Part shown: piece by piece, positions 13,828-27,040 of the stretch
Numbering within the stretch: the stretch's first letter is position 1
Layout of the letters: each line of letters opens with the position of its first letter
DNA from: Octopus vulgaris
Taxonomy: Eukaryota
NCBI GenBank assembly: GCA_951406725.2
Contig: OX597828.1
Span: 24,242,001-24,306,000, forward strand
Direction: 5' to 3'
DNA: 64,000 nt
Made by a program: the position numbers and the translations under genes
The notes under the pieces: model-generated
Databases searched by the model: none
What the model was told of the DNA's origin: nothing
Seen by the model: only the letters and a program-made list of their open reading frames with translations

Positions 13828-13831
<4 letters not shown>

Positions 13832-14288
13832 GATTGTCCAGGCCAAGCCTGACCTTTCTTTCTTGGTTCGGCCGTTGCACGTGCAACATCTATATTCTTC
13901 CCTGTGCCTGTGAAATGTTGTATCTCTGCCGTAAGGCTTCACTTCCACACACGCCAGCTTAATTTAATTCGTCCTTAGTCGAAAGACACCTTGGGTTATG
14001 TCCTGTTATTTGTATTTGTGTAACTTTCTCTGTTTTTTTCCGTCCTTTTTTTCGTATACATGCGCTGCTTTCTTGCAAGGAATCTAATACTCTTAGGTTA
14101 GTTTTTCCTTGAGGCTGGCCAGATTGGAGCAACCTCAAGTATAACCAGCTGAAATTGCAAAGATAATCTGGAAGTCGACTGAGGAAAGAAAACTCCGAAT
14201 GTTTTCTTTGTATCATCTATCTGGATGTTTTGTTGTCGCTTTCATGTATCCATTAACTTCCTGGATGTTTTGCGTTCTTGTCCCATTT

Positions 14289-14292
<4 letters not shown>
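13828..14292 (+). repeat. Unclassified dispersed repeat (family D) between (TA)n tracts; second copy 43945-44200 on minus
   Basis: ggctggccagattggagcaa.ctcaagtataa.cagc.gaaattgc..gataatctgg..gactgaggaaagaaaact is present in both. Confidence 0.75.
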
Positions 14293-14346
<54 letters not shown>

Positions 14347-14493
14347 AAACAGTCTGAAGTAGCTTGGCCTTGCTAGCTATCGATACAAAATCGCTGTTGA
14401 AATCTTATAGAATTTCATGTGAAATAAATTTACTGATTTACAAAATGAGAAATATTCCATTTGTAGAGAGATTTAGACATAAAAATATTTCTA

Positions 14494-14582
<89 letters not shown>

Positions 14583-14664
14583 GTTAGAGGACATATCAAA
14601 ACCAAGGCAGAACAAGGATTTCAAGTAATTTAGAATAATATAATTAGTGTAAGGTGAATTTGAA

Positions 14665-14740
14665 GTCTTACAACAGATTCTGGGATAACCCAAGTGGTTG
14701 GTTAGCACCTCCGTGCACTGGACATTCCGTCATCAGAGAC
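14665..14740 (-). ncRNA. Degenerate minimal HHR in a Penelope-like fragment (14581-14830)
   Basis: gtct CTGATGA ..stem II.. GAAtC tgtt GTA agac. Confidence 0.55.
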
Positions 14741-15149
14741 AAGATATGAATATTTTTGACGGGGAGAATTTACAGGTTAACAAGGAATAAAATTCTCACT
14801 TCATAAGGACGAAGACAGAAGAATAAATTCGTAAAATAGAAGAATAAAGTTTTTTTTTTTTTGCTATATATATTTATTGATGTATATAGATAGCTAGACA
14901 TAGTTAACATTCAAAATATCTAGCAATATTGAGCAAACATATCTCATCGCTGAATAATATCGGCAGGATTAAATAATAATGAAATCTAATAAATAATCAT
15001 GGAAGCCAGTGCTAAAATAACTCTTAATAACTTCTGACTCTGCAGTTGTAACGATTCCTTTTCCTGATCAATGTTCGCAATTGTTATACTTTTCAATGCG
15101 CTCTTTTAGCTAAATGTCTGCATATGTTATCATATATGACAACAAACAC

Positions 15150-15990
15150 ACTTGTATATATATATATACACACACACACATGCACGCAGACACAGACACA
15201 CATTCACTTAAACACACACACACATACACAAATGGACAGACACACATACACAAACGGACACACGCACATTCATTCACACACACACAACATGCACAAACGG
15301 ACACACACATTCAATCACATACACACTCACCCACACCCACTCACACACACATACACAAACGGACACACATACACTCACTCACACACACATACACAAACGA
15401 ACACACTCATTCACTTATACACACACATACACAAATGGACACACACACAGAGACACACGCACATTCAATTACACACACAACATGCACAAACGGACACACA
15501 CACTCAATCACATACACACTCACCCACACCCACTCACACACACATACACAAACAGACACACATACACTCACTCACACACACATACACAAACGAACACACT
15601 CATTCACACTTATTCACACACACATATACAAACGGACACACGCACACACACACACACACACACTCATTCACACACACACATTCACACACACTCACTCACA
15701 CACACACACACTCACACACACATGCGCACTCACACACGCACGCACACGCACTCACCCACGCACGCACACGCACTCACACATGCACGCACATATACACAAA
15801 CGGACATACTCTCATTCACACTCATTCACACACACATATACAAACGGACACACGCACACACTCACACACACACACACACACTCACTCACACACATTCACA
15901 CACACTCACTCACACACACTCACACACACATACACACTCACTTACACACGCGCACACGCACACACCGACACACACAATCACACACATATA
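15150..15990. repeat. (CA)-rich cryptic satellite with an internal ~193-bp tandem duplication
   Basis: caacatgcacaaacggacacacac.. at 15285 and 15478. Confidence 0.9.
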
Positions 15991-16269
15991 TATATTCTTT
16001 TATCCTCTTGTCTCCGTCATTTTACTACGGCCTTGCTGGAGCACCACGTTCAAGGATTTTAGTCGAAGCAAATCGGCCCCAGGACATTTTTCTACCTTGT
16101 ACTTACTCTATCATCACTTTTGCCGAATCACCAAGCCAGTGAGACGCACACACACACCAATGCCAGTTGTCAAGTGTATTGGGAGAGGGAGCATGTGTGG
16201 GTGGGTGTGCGCGCGCGCGTATGTGTATTTCAGCGTTTTTGAGACTTTCTTTGTAACTATCCTAGACTA

Positions 16270-16672
16270 CTCTCCTTTACTCTTTTACTTGTTTCAGTCA
16301 TTTGACTGCGGCCATGCTGGAGCACCGCCTTTAGTCGAGCAAATCGTCCCCGGGACTTATTCTTTGTAAGCCCAGTCAGTACTTATTCTATCGGTCTCTT
16401 TTGCCGAACCGCTAAGTGACGGGGACGTAAACACACCAGCATCGGTTGTCAAGCAATGCTAGGAGGACAATCACACAAACACATACACACACATATATAT
16501 ACATATATACAAGGCTTTTTTCAGTTTCCGTCTACCAAATCCACTCACAGGGCATTGGTCGGCCCGGGGCTATAGCAGAAGACACTTGCCCAAGATGCCA
16601 CGCAGTGGGACTGAACCCGGAACCATGTGGTTGGTTAGCAAGCTACTTACCACACAGCCACTCCTGTGCCTA
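16270..16672 (-). mobile_element. SINE family A (young; near-identical to 63157-63551)
   Basis: Shared diagnostic variants ggcattgg, tatagcag, aagatgcc. Confidence 0.92.
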
Positions 16673-16759
16673 TAATTTTACTGTAATTTCACTTCATCAT
16701 TTGCTATACAGCTTGTAAGTTGACTTGCCAATTTTTGTTATTTGAAATTGAAAGTGACG

Positions 16760-17260
16760 GCTGTAACAGCACATTGAACACATTCTATGGAATGAGCCCC
16801 CAGTCGAGACAAGAAGAAAATACGGAATCTCGCTATGCAAAAAAAATTGTGCTTTGAGCTGAGAATAACCGCTAAGGAATATTATTAAATGTTCCACACT
16901 GCTTGTGGATTAATCTATATTATCCGAGCGAGCATCAATTTTTCGTCGGTACACGATGCTGGACAAAGCAACTCCCCCGGAAAAGTCATGATTATCCAAT
17001 TTTTATGACAGCAAGGACATCATCTATACATCCGCTTGGATTACCCTGGCCGGACGGTCAACAAGGAGTACTTTTTGGAGATTCAGACGGACAAAAGGTC
17101 AGCCAGAGTTCATCCACGCGTGTCGGTGGCATCAGAACCAGGGTGATTCGCCAGCCTACAATTTGGTGCTGGTAACCATTTATATGCAGAGAGGGACATC
17201 AGAATTGTCTCTCACTTACACTACAGTTCAGCACTTGCTCCCTGTGAATTTTGGTGGTTC
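16760..17260 (+). pseudogene. Possible decayed RTE-like LINE C-terminal fragment
   Basis: FFVGTRCWT (LLYGxECWT-like), LGLPWPD (LGISWxD-like), RQPTIWCW (RRLRWxGH-like). Confidence 0.35.
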
Positions 17261-17620
17261 CATATTTGAAGGATAACCGCATATTTTTTTCCTGAGATGG
17301 ATGGTAGTGTAATAATGATCGTGGACACCTTCTTATTGAAAGAATTCCATGGAACTTTCACAAAGACACTGGAGTGCTACACCATATACGTTAAAGACGG
17401 ACGAACCTGCTTTCCTTGATATCAGAGTTTTGCATTTCTTTGAAGTTAATAAATATGTCTTCAAAAACACCTGGAGTGCACACGGTACACACACATACAC
17501 ACACACACACACACACACATAATGCAAAAAAAGAAAGAAACGAAGAAAATACACAAGAAAAAAAAGCAACAACATGAGAACGAGGTACCTGCAAAGTATT
17601 AAAATACGCCTAAGGAAGGA

Positions 17621-17657
17621 TGTTTAACGTTTCGAGCATAGTTCTTCTTCAGAAACA
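17621..17657 (-). ncRNA. Helix-III-less HHR-like motif in a Penelope-like repeat (17520-17760)
   Basis: tgttt CTGAAGA a gaac-tat-gctc GAAAC GTT aaaca. Confidence 0.65.
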
Positions 17658-18254
17658 GGATATACAGGAAAGTCCAAGAGAAAAGGAAGACGGAGGAGAA
17701 AAACTTGCCAACAATCCACACGTAGTTATATTTTGAAATGACTGGAAGTGAATGGATGACGGGAAAGGTATTTTAATGACAGGAGAGTGTAAGTGGATGT
17801 ATCTGTGTACATGTGTGGGTATGTGCCAGTCTACGAGTGTGTGTGGGGGGGGTATTAACTGTTTATATGTGTACGTTAGAGTGATCTTTGTGTCTGTTAA
17901 TGTTGTAGGAAGAGTTCAGCAACTATGATAACAGAAGTGGTGGTCTTTTGTGTAGTTATGTGTTTCTTTAGTTGTGCGTAGAAGGGATGGTCAGTGGAAT
18001 TGTGTTTGATAGGACAGTCTGAAGGGTGTGTATGTGTGTGCATATATGTATGTGCGTGTATGTGCATGTTGTGTGTGTGCGTGTTATTTGTGTGTGGTGT
18101 GTGTGCGTGTTATTTGTGTGTGGTGTGTGTGCGTGTTATTTGTGTGTGGTGTGTGTGCGTGGGATTGCGTGTGGGGCTGTGTATATAGAGGTATATGTGC
18201 ATTCCTCTGTGTGTGTTCGTGTGTATGTGTGCGTGCTTGTGTGTATGTGTGTGC

Positions 18255-18296
<42 letters not shown>

Positions 18297-18305
<9 letters not shown>

Positions 18306-18756
18306 TAAGGGTAGAAATTGATATTTATCAATTAAGACCAGTGGTCTAGCATATTAAAAAAGAATCCGAAGATTAAAATACTTATATATACCAATTAAAA
18401 ACTGAACACGAAAAGTGGACATTCAACATGCTAGATATAGACGTCAAATCGCCATTCTTTACAAAAGATTATGTTCTCAGATCAAACTCATAGCAAAATC
18501 ATAGCAATAAACAAGTGAAAATATACGAAATAAAATAATTACCCATGTACTGATCAGTTTCGGCTCAGTTTCGGCTGAATAACGGCCGAAACTGATCAGT
18601 ACATGGGTAATTATTTTATTTCGTATATTTTCACTTGTTTATTGCTATGGTTTTGTGCTGAGTTTGATCTGAGAACATAATCTTTTGTGGAGAATGGCGA
18701 TTTGACGTCTATATCTAGCATGTTGACTCTCCACTTTTCGTGTTCAGTCCTTAATT

Positions 18757-18766
<10 letters not shown>
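18297..18766. mobile_element. Fold-back Penelope-like element (arms 18383-18564 / 18585-18766, tail 18297-18382)
   Basis: ~180-bp inverted arms; each starts with the HHR 3' half gccGAAAC-tgatca-GTA; (TA)n on both sides. Confidence 0.85.
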
Positions 18767-18805
<39 letters not shown>

Positions 18806-18850
18806 AACATATATATTGATATATATTTATATATACATATATATACATAT

Positions 18851-19411
18851 ATTAAATTAACATCTAATGTAGGATAAAATTTTTCGAAAAAAATTCTATC
18901 AATGGCCAGTACATTAAAAAATACATTTAAAGGTTAAATTTATAAACAATTTATAAGTAAGGGCAAAATAAAAAAATTTCAAATGCCAAAATATGCCGAA
19001 AATAGACAACGTCAATAACCATGTAATTTATCACTACAAGAACGCGTTTCGAAGAAGGCCGACAGAAATTTCTAAAAAATCCCGTTATTACCATATCGGA
19101 CTCGATTTCAGAGTTAGTTCATAAGAACCTTCCCTTCATCAGTGATTAATGCGGTTAAGAAATAAGTGAAATACTTACTTATGCCCACGGAAGAAGCGAA
19201 CACTAAGCCTGGGCATAAATAAGTATTCCACTTATTTCTTTACCGTGGTTTAGTGTTCGCTTCTTCAGGATATTTAAGAAATTTCTGTCGGCCTTCTTCG
19301 AAACGCATTCTTATATAGATAAATTGCATGGTTATTGACGTTGTGTCTATTTTCGGCATCTTTTGGCATTAGAAAATTATTTCTTTTGCCCTTACTTATA
19401 AATTGTTTATA
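18851..19411. mobile_element. Fold-back Penelope-like element with nested internal inversions (outer arms 18941-19082 / 19267-19411)
   Basis: Inverted arms; long-stem-II HHR-like motif on minus at 19030-19146; TA-rich flanks. Confidence 0.8.
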
Positions 19412-19449
19412 TATATACATATATGTATACATATGTATATCTATATATG

Positions 19450-19519
<70 letters not shown>

Positions 19520-19544
19520 AATTATATATATATATTGTTTTTTA

Positions 19545-19592
19545 TTTTATCTAGTTTCAGCTAACGAGCTGTGGCCATGCTGGGGCACTGCC
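19545..19592 (-). mobile_element. Extreme 3' end of a CR1-like LINE/SINE in (TA)n
   Basis: ggcagtgccccagcatggccacagctcgttagctgaaactagataaaa resembles 7493-7530. Confidence 0.65.
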
Positions 19593-19627
19593 ATATATAT
19601 AAACATATATATATATATATATGTAAA

Positions 19628-19720
<93 letters not shown>

Positions 19721-20085
19721 TATATACATACATATATAAACACTGTGTTTGTGTTCGTGTTTATGCTCCAAAAGCCATTACATTTCTCATATGTTTCAGG
19801 GCCTATGCTTGATTGAACAAATGATTGCGGAATTTGTAATGTTATTCGTTCGAACACAGAATCAGTTCGAGAATTACTTGTTAGAATGATCCATCATTCC
19901 AGTCAAATTGCAATTCGTTCAGTCATGCGGCTCTATAATAAACAAACACCATGGTATATTTACTTTCAATATGATATTTTTCTACTGCACTCTCTCTCCC
20001 ACTCTTTCTCTCTCCCTATCTCTCTTCTCTCTCTCTTTTTCTACATATATATATGCATACGTGAGCATTCGTGTAAGTCTCTGAC

Positions 20086-20130
<45 letters not shown>

Positions 20131-20178
20131 ATATATTAATTATTTATTTATTTTGTGCGTGTATGTTTTGTGTGTATG

Positions 20179-20227
<49 letters not shown>

Positions 20228-20659
20228 GCATACATATATATATATATATACAGATATGAATTGGCACACATATATATATATACATATGTCTGTCAGAGAG
20301 TGTGTGCGTGCGGAGGTGAGTGACTGTGCATGTGTGTGACTGTATGTATGTATGTATATGTGTCTGTGTTTGTGTGTCTGTGTCTGTGCATGTGTGTGTA
20401 GATTCTATGTTGTTTTCTTTGCATTGACAAGGTTCCTCTAGATCCTAAGATAATACTGTCTAACATCGAAATAAAAACTTTATTTCTTCAAATAAATTGA
20501 CATCGTGTCAAGCAGCTACGCAATCCTTGTTAATAAAATTGCAACTATTCGCAGATCAAGCATATATTTAGAAAAAAACAAAACTTATTCTTCACAGCGG
20601 TCTCACGCTGATATATCACAAAGATATAATATATACATCTGCTTTCTTATTTGTTTTGT

Positions 20660-21192
20660 TTGTTCCTTCTCGAGCCCTGCCTGGCTCATAAGGGCCGGTT
20701 TCCCGGTTTTTTTGGCGTATACGTTCCCCACCTGGACGGGACGCCGGTCCGTCGCAGGTGAGCTGTAAGATGCAGGAGGAAAGAGTGAGAGAAAGTTGTG
20801 GCGAAAGAGTCAGCAGAAATTCGTCATTACCTTTTGCCGGAGCCGCGTGGAGCTTAGGTGTTTTCGCCAATAAACACACACATCGCCCGGTCTGAGATTC
20901 GAAACCGCGATCCCTCGACCGCGAGACTGCTGCTCTAACCACTAGGCCATGTGCCTCTACAAAATAAATGTGCCCTTTTAAAGCCTACCCAGGATCATGG
21001 GCCCGCTATCCCGGTTTCTATGAACGCCAGTCCATCGCAGCGTTACTCATTTTTGCCAGCTGAGTGGTCTGGAGCAACGTGAAATGAAGGGTTTTGCTCA
21101 GGAACACAACGCGTCGCCCGGTCCAGGAATCGAAACCACAATCTTACGATCATGATGCTGACACCCTAACCACTAGGCCACGCGCCTCCACA
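20660..21192 (-). mobile_element. Two adjacent tRNA-derived SINEs (family B variants; 20660-20960 and 20985-21192)
   Basis: Both end in taaccactaggcca..gcctc (tRNA A-box on minus), with B-box tcgaaacc. Confidence 0.85.
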
Positions 21193-21392
21193 TCTGTTTT
21201 CTTACGGCAGTGAACCAAGGAAATTGTATTCAAATGCTTACCAAACATGTGAGAACTGTTGTCTCTCTGGGATAGGCTGAAAGTTAGACTTATGTCTACA
21301 CAGAGGTAAATGATGTGATGCAGTTTTGCATTTAACTGACATGAGGCACATATACAAGAAAGTACTACAGTGAAACCTTCATCTGTTCAGCA

Positions 21393-21935
21393 GTATGTAT
21401 GTATGTATGTATGTATGTATGTATGTATGTATGTATGTATGTATGTATGTATGTATGTATGTATGTATGTATGTATGTATGTATGTATGTATGTATGTAT
21501 GTATGTATGTATGTATGTATGTATGTATGTATGTATGTATGTATGTATGTATGTATGTATGTATGTATGTATGTATGTATGTATGTATGTATGTATGTAT
21601 GTATGTATGTATGTATGCATGTATGTATGTATGTATGTATGTATGTATGTATGTATGTATGCAGGTATGTATGTATGTATGTATGTATGCATGTATGTAT
21701 GTATGCATGTGTGTATGTATGCATGCATGTATGTATGTATGTATGCATGTATGTATGTATGCATGTGTGTATGTGTGTATGTATGTATGCATGAGTGTAT
21801 GCATTCATGCATGCATGTATGTATGTATGTATTTATGTATGTATGTATGTATGTATGTATGCATGCATGCATGCATGCATGTATGTATGTATGTATGTAT
21901 GCATGTATTTATGTATGTATGTTTGTATGTATGTC
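21393..21935. repeat. (ATGT)n satellite, degenerating rightwards
   Basis: Direct reading. Confidence 0.97.
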
Positions 21936-21939
21936 TACA

Positions 21940-22106
21940 TAGGAGGGGGTGTTAGAAAGTTCCTGACTTCCTGTAAGAGGAAATTCAGGAGGACCGGTTG
22001 ATTAAGAGTTCACAGACTTATTGCAACGGTCCTTCAGATTTTGTAAGTCTTGTAAAGGAACCAAAACGTTGGTTCTCCAACCAGGACTTTCGCGACACCC
22101 TTCATG
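21940..22106. mobile_element. Mariner-derived MITE
   Basis: Imperfect TIRs aggagggggtgttagaaagttcctg / ccaggactttcgcgacacccttcat, preceded by TA. Confidence 0.5.
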
Positions 22107-22169
22107 TCAGGAACTTCTGTGCACCCGTCATACATACATACATATGTACACACATACACACACACACAT

Positions 22170-22410
22170 TCTTTTATTCTTTTATTCTTTTACTTGTTTC
22201 AGTCTGCGACCATGCTGGAGCACCGCTTTTAGTCGAGCAAATCGCCCCCAGCACTTATTCTTTGTGACCCTGCTACTTATTCTATCGCTCACTTTTACCG
22301 AACCGCTAAGTTACGGGGTCGTAAACAGTCGTAAACACACCGGCAGCGGTTGTCAAGTGATGTTGGTGGGACAAACTCAGACACCCAAATATATATGTAT
22401 ACATACATAC

Positions 22411-22444
<34 letters not shown>

Positions 22445-22551
22445 ACACGACGGGCTTCTTTCAGTTTCCGTCTACCAAATCTACTCACAAGGCTTTGGTT
22501 GGCCCGAGGCTAGAGTGGAACCAAGCTATTTACTACACAGCCACATCTTCG

Positions 22552-22552
<1 letters not shown>
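22170..22552 (-). mobile_element. SINE family A with internal deletion
   Basis: Aligns to the other family A copies. Confidence 0.85.
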
Positions 22553-22623
<71 letters not shown>

Positions 22624-22626
22624 ATA

Positions 22627-22660
<34 letters not shown>

Positions 22661-23162
22661 AATGAGTAAACACGCATATTTGCATCGCTACACGCGCATA
22701 TGAATTTGTGTGTTTGTGTTTTGATTCTGTACTAATATTGATCTCAAATTTGGGGATAAGGCACCAAGTTCAGGGCAGGGTGTAAGTGGATAGCATCGAC
22801 ACCTCGTTCTCAAATAGTACTTATTTTGTTGGTCTCGAAAGCATAAAAACCAGAGTTGCCCTTGTTGAAATTTTAATTAAGAACATGAAAACGGACAAAA
22901 CGACACTGGCCATGCTGACCAGCGTGCCAAAGACACCGCCTTAGTAAAATACTGATATTAAAAATAGAATAAACAGAATCTGGCGAAAATATTTATTTGT
23001 GAAAAGTCATTTATTCAAAACGAAATAATCTCGAGCTAAATGAATAATTATATACATGTGTGTGCGTGTGTGTGTTTGTGTGTGTGTGTGTATGTTAAAT
23101 AAAATGAGACAACAAAGCCAGGGCTGTGTGGAATTTTCAGGGCATTTATAAAGAGAATGCTA

Positions 23163-23200
23163 GCCTTACAGCTGTTTCTGGATACCGCTTAATCAGAGAC
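23163..23200 (-). ncRNA. Degenerate HHR (AGCT loop III)
   Basis: gtct ctgatta ..tcca GAAAC agct GTA aggc. Confidence 0.5.
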
Positions 23201-23346
23201 GACGTGAGTTGGTTAAAGAGAGGGAAATATTAGAGTTCAATATGAGGAGCTATTTTGGAAAAGGAAGGAAATAAGGAGTGTATAGGGAAATAGGAAAATG
23301 AATGTAGAAATGTAAAATGAAATAAAAAATATCTAAAGATATATAC

Positions 23347-23381
<35 letters not shown>

Positions 23382-23594
23382 TGTATGTATGTATGTATGT
23401 ATGTATGTATGTATGTATGTATGCATGTAATTAAGCCTATGTCTGGTCATAGAAGGACCAATGCTTTCACATCTACAAAGGGCTGACGAGACGTCCATCG
23501 GGGTAAGCCCTTTGTGGATGAGAAATAATTACTTCTCTATACTTTAGAGCGATCTACTTTTTCGGATATATGATCTATTGATGATATATTGAGG

Positions 23595-23641
<47 letters not shown>

Positions 23642-23769
23642 AATAATGCAATATATATATATATATTTAAGTAGATAAATGAATTATCTTATTACGGATA
23701 ATTCGAAAGATAACCGATACCTGGGTAGCAAACTCACAACAGAAAGAATACGGTTGAAGTTACGACTAT

Positions 23770-24090
23770 ATATGAGATCCCCTTCGGTCACGACACTGAC
23801 CATGGGATTGCACCTAGAAAGTTACCCTCCCAGGCACAAGTCAAGGCAAGGTTGTTTATGGAAGACCAGCAGCCGCCCATGCATACCGGTCTCCCCTCTC
23901 CACGCCACCAGGGTTATCCAAGGGAAAGGCAAAAAGGCCGATACAGCTTGGCACCAGTGACGTCGCAACTCATTTCTACTGCTGAGTGAACTGGAGCAAC
24001 ATGAAATAAAGTGTATTGCTCAAGAACACAACACGCAGCCCGGTCCGGGATTCGAGCTCACAACCTCACGATCGTGAGTTCGACGCTCTA
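23770..24090 (-). mobile_element. tRNA-derived SINE with RTE-like 3' tail
   Basis: Body gctgagtgaactggagcaac..gaaat..gctcaagaacacaac is shared with 21055-21125; tail catggtcagtgtcgtgaccgaagg. Confidence 0.7.
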
Positions 24091-24744
24091 TCCATATATA
24101 AACACACACATGCGTTCATAAATATGCTTATGTTTATATACATTTTATATATCTGTGTGTGTGTATAATTATTCACAAGGAGTATAAAGTAAGCAATTTG
24201 TTTTATTAGGTATATTTACTATTTTTCGATAGATTGATCTCAAGTTTATTGTTAAATTTGTATAGAATATACGTAATTATAGATTCCTGAGATAAATTAT
24301 AAGCAAACGCAGCTGCTGGCTGTTAGTATCAGTTTCTGAGAATATAACTGGCGGAAAAGGATGTATTTAACACATAACTCTGTAGCGTCGAAGTTCGATT
24401 GTATCACTATAACGATACTGTTTGAATTTATTATATAATAATATAACAATTCACTTGAGATCATATACAGATTAAAGAACTAAATTTATGTAATAAAACG
24501 ACTAACTCCATCTATTCTACTTGGGAATATTTATACAATCACTGGGAAATAATTGATAATTAAAAATAATCTCTATGCATATTTATGTTCGTAAATATAA
24601 GCTGGAAAACAAACGGTCTCCAATTTATATTCATATGTGATAACATGTGCACGCTGATGAGGTTAACATCCGAATGAATTTGATGCATACAGGTATATAT
24701 AAATATATATATATGTGTGTGTGGATGTGTGTGTATGTGTATGC

Positions 24745-24786
<42 letters not shown>

Positions 24787-24919
24787 ACATACATATGTAG
24801 CACATATTTATGAATATATATATGGATATATATATACATATATATATGTATACATACATATACATATATATAATATTTTTACCGCTCCTCCATAGGACTA
24901 GTATTTATTGCTAGAGTTG

Positions 24920-25210
24920 TTTGTGCCTTCTCGAGCCACGCCTGGCTCATAGAGCCGGCTTCTCGGCTTTCTTGGCGTATAGGTTCCCCACCGGGACGCC
25001 GGTCCGTCGCGAGTTGCAAGATTCAGGAGTGAAGTGTGAGAGAAAGTTGTGTCGAAAGAGTCAGCAAAAGTTCGCCATTACCCTCTGCCGGAGCTGCGTA
25101 GAGCTAAGGTATTTCGCTCATAAACACACACATCGCTCGGTCTGAGTTTCGAATCCGCGATCCCTCGAACGCGAGTCCGCTGCTCTAACCACTAGGCCAT
25201 GTGCCTCCAC
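24920..25210 (-). mobile_element. SINE family B
   Basis: Paralogous to 20660-20960. Confidence 0.85.
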
Positions 25211-25449
25211 ATTTGCTAGAGTTGTTAAAGTAGAAATAATTATCATCAATAGCTTCCGGATCCTCTTCGAGTTCATGATCATCATCAAAATTATTATTAT
25301 CGTTATTATCATTAATATCGTCATCTTTATTATTTTTATAATCAAAACTGTTTATTATTGTTGTTCTTGCTGTCTGTTGTTGTTATTGCAGTTGTTATTA
25401 TTATATATTTCACGCATTTCGCCTCATTCCAGCGAAGGTGTATTGAATT

Positions 25450-25900
25450 ACGGAATAGTGTCAGGCAAAGTTATTTCCCCGAAGTATTCAGGCAATTTAT
25501 GTCATTAGAGTTTAATTGATCAGAAAAATTATGCAATGAACCATCTATTATATTAGTTCCAGCTTTTGGCATCTCTTTGCGCCCATTGCTCTGTGTTGTT
25601 TCTACGAAACAACATCAATAACACCGAACCTCATATCGCTTCCATACCTTTTTAAGGAGAATATTAATAGTTCAGCAGAAACCCTGTTTGAATTCATTAT
25701 GTTTATGTTCCGAATCTGCTTTAATTTTGCATCCGTTAAAACAAGGATACACAAATCTGTGGTCAAAGGAATTTCGTTTATTTGGGCTTCCAAAATAGAA
25801 AATAAATTTGTTTTTTGCTTTCTAGGTTAACCTACCATAAAATTAACGTTCTGTATTTTCCATGGCAATTTTGCATCTGTTTTGATGAGAGTGATTCCCT
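25450..25900 (-). pseudogene. Possible decayed Penelope-type RT fragment
   Basis: Minus-strand FYG.., FGVIDVVS (LVSxDVxSLY-like) and ..RAMGAK (QxxGxAMG-like) occur in the expected order. Confidence 0.35.
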
Positions 25901-26449
25901 TCAGAGAACACCAAATGGTGGATGACTTTCTGAAAGTATTTTACAGGATCCAGTCTTTGGATTGCAGCCATACTTGTGTTCCAGCTTGAACGCTTATTAG
26001 CTGATGACATCAGCTGTATCATTTACTTCAGTTTGTTATTTTGTCGACCGCTCTTTGGTCAATGACTCGGTTAGCTTTTGACATAAAGGAAAGTCATTCG
26101 ATAGAGAGATTTGCAGTCATGTACAAAATATAGGTACATACACATATACACATAATCGTAGACGGGAAATTCTCTGCTCTCAGTAATTCATAGGTAGGAA
26201 GAGTTGTGAAGTAGAGAAAGCTTAATTGTTTGCTCCACAGTTACACATTAGTTGTATAGAGTCTTCAATAGTTTTCTGGTCACCGTGTCAAAGTTTTTCG
26301 CACACACACAGTTCTGGGTTCAGTCTCACTGGTGGCAACTCGGGCAAGTATCTTATACTGTAGCCTCGGGCGGACCAAAGCCTTGTGAATGTATTTTGTA
26401 GACAGAAACTAAAAGAAGCCCGTCGTATTTGTGTGTGTCTGTGTTAGTT

Positions 26450-26499
<50 letters not shown>

Positions 26500-26551
26500 A
26501 ATATACATATATCTACATACATATATATGTCATATAAGGTGTATATAATAA

Positions 26552-26604
<53 letters not shown>

Positions 26605-26649
26605 TATCTATCTATCCATATATTTAACAATCTATCTATCTACCTATCT

Positions 26650-26749
<100 letters not shown>

Positions 26750-26753
26750 ATTA

Positions 26754-26812
<59 letters not shown>

Positions 26813-26934
26813 GTAATAAAACGAATGGTTTACACCTGGTAGCTTACTGGTAAAGCACGGCCACTTTCAGTGTTCCTTATGTATACGGTAAATGAAAGAC
26901 AGAAGATGGAATATACGAGAATTTTTTTTTATTA

Positions 26935-27040
26935 ATCACGGCAATTGTTTCGACAGATCTAGCATCGATCCCTCACAGGCGGAACACTTAATAACTGGTT
27001 CAGAAGCATCCGGCGGTGCAGATGTGTCTCATCAGGTGAT
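26935..27040 (-). ncRNA. Minimal HHR with long stem II; cleavage triplet mutated (GCC)
   Basis: atcac CTGATGA gaca..tgtc GAAAC aatt GcC gtgat, inside a Penelope-like fragment starting at (TAT)n (26810). Confidence 0.75.

Noticed and set aside
15114-16369. Long His/Thr-rich ORFs (295-342 aa)
   Set aside because: Translations of a (CA)-rich satellite plus SINE, open in several frames; not genes.
21365-21955. MYVC/HTYI repeat ORFs
   Set aside because: (ATGT)n has no stop codons in any frame.
23478-23525. Hairpin catctacaaagggct/agccctttgtggatg as a pre-miRNA
   Set aside because: Short stem with a large loop, located in repeat-derived sequence; no expression evidence.
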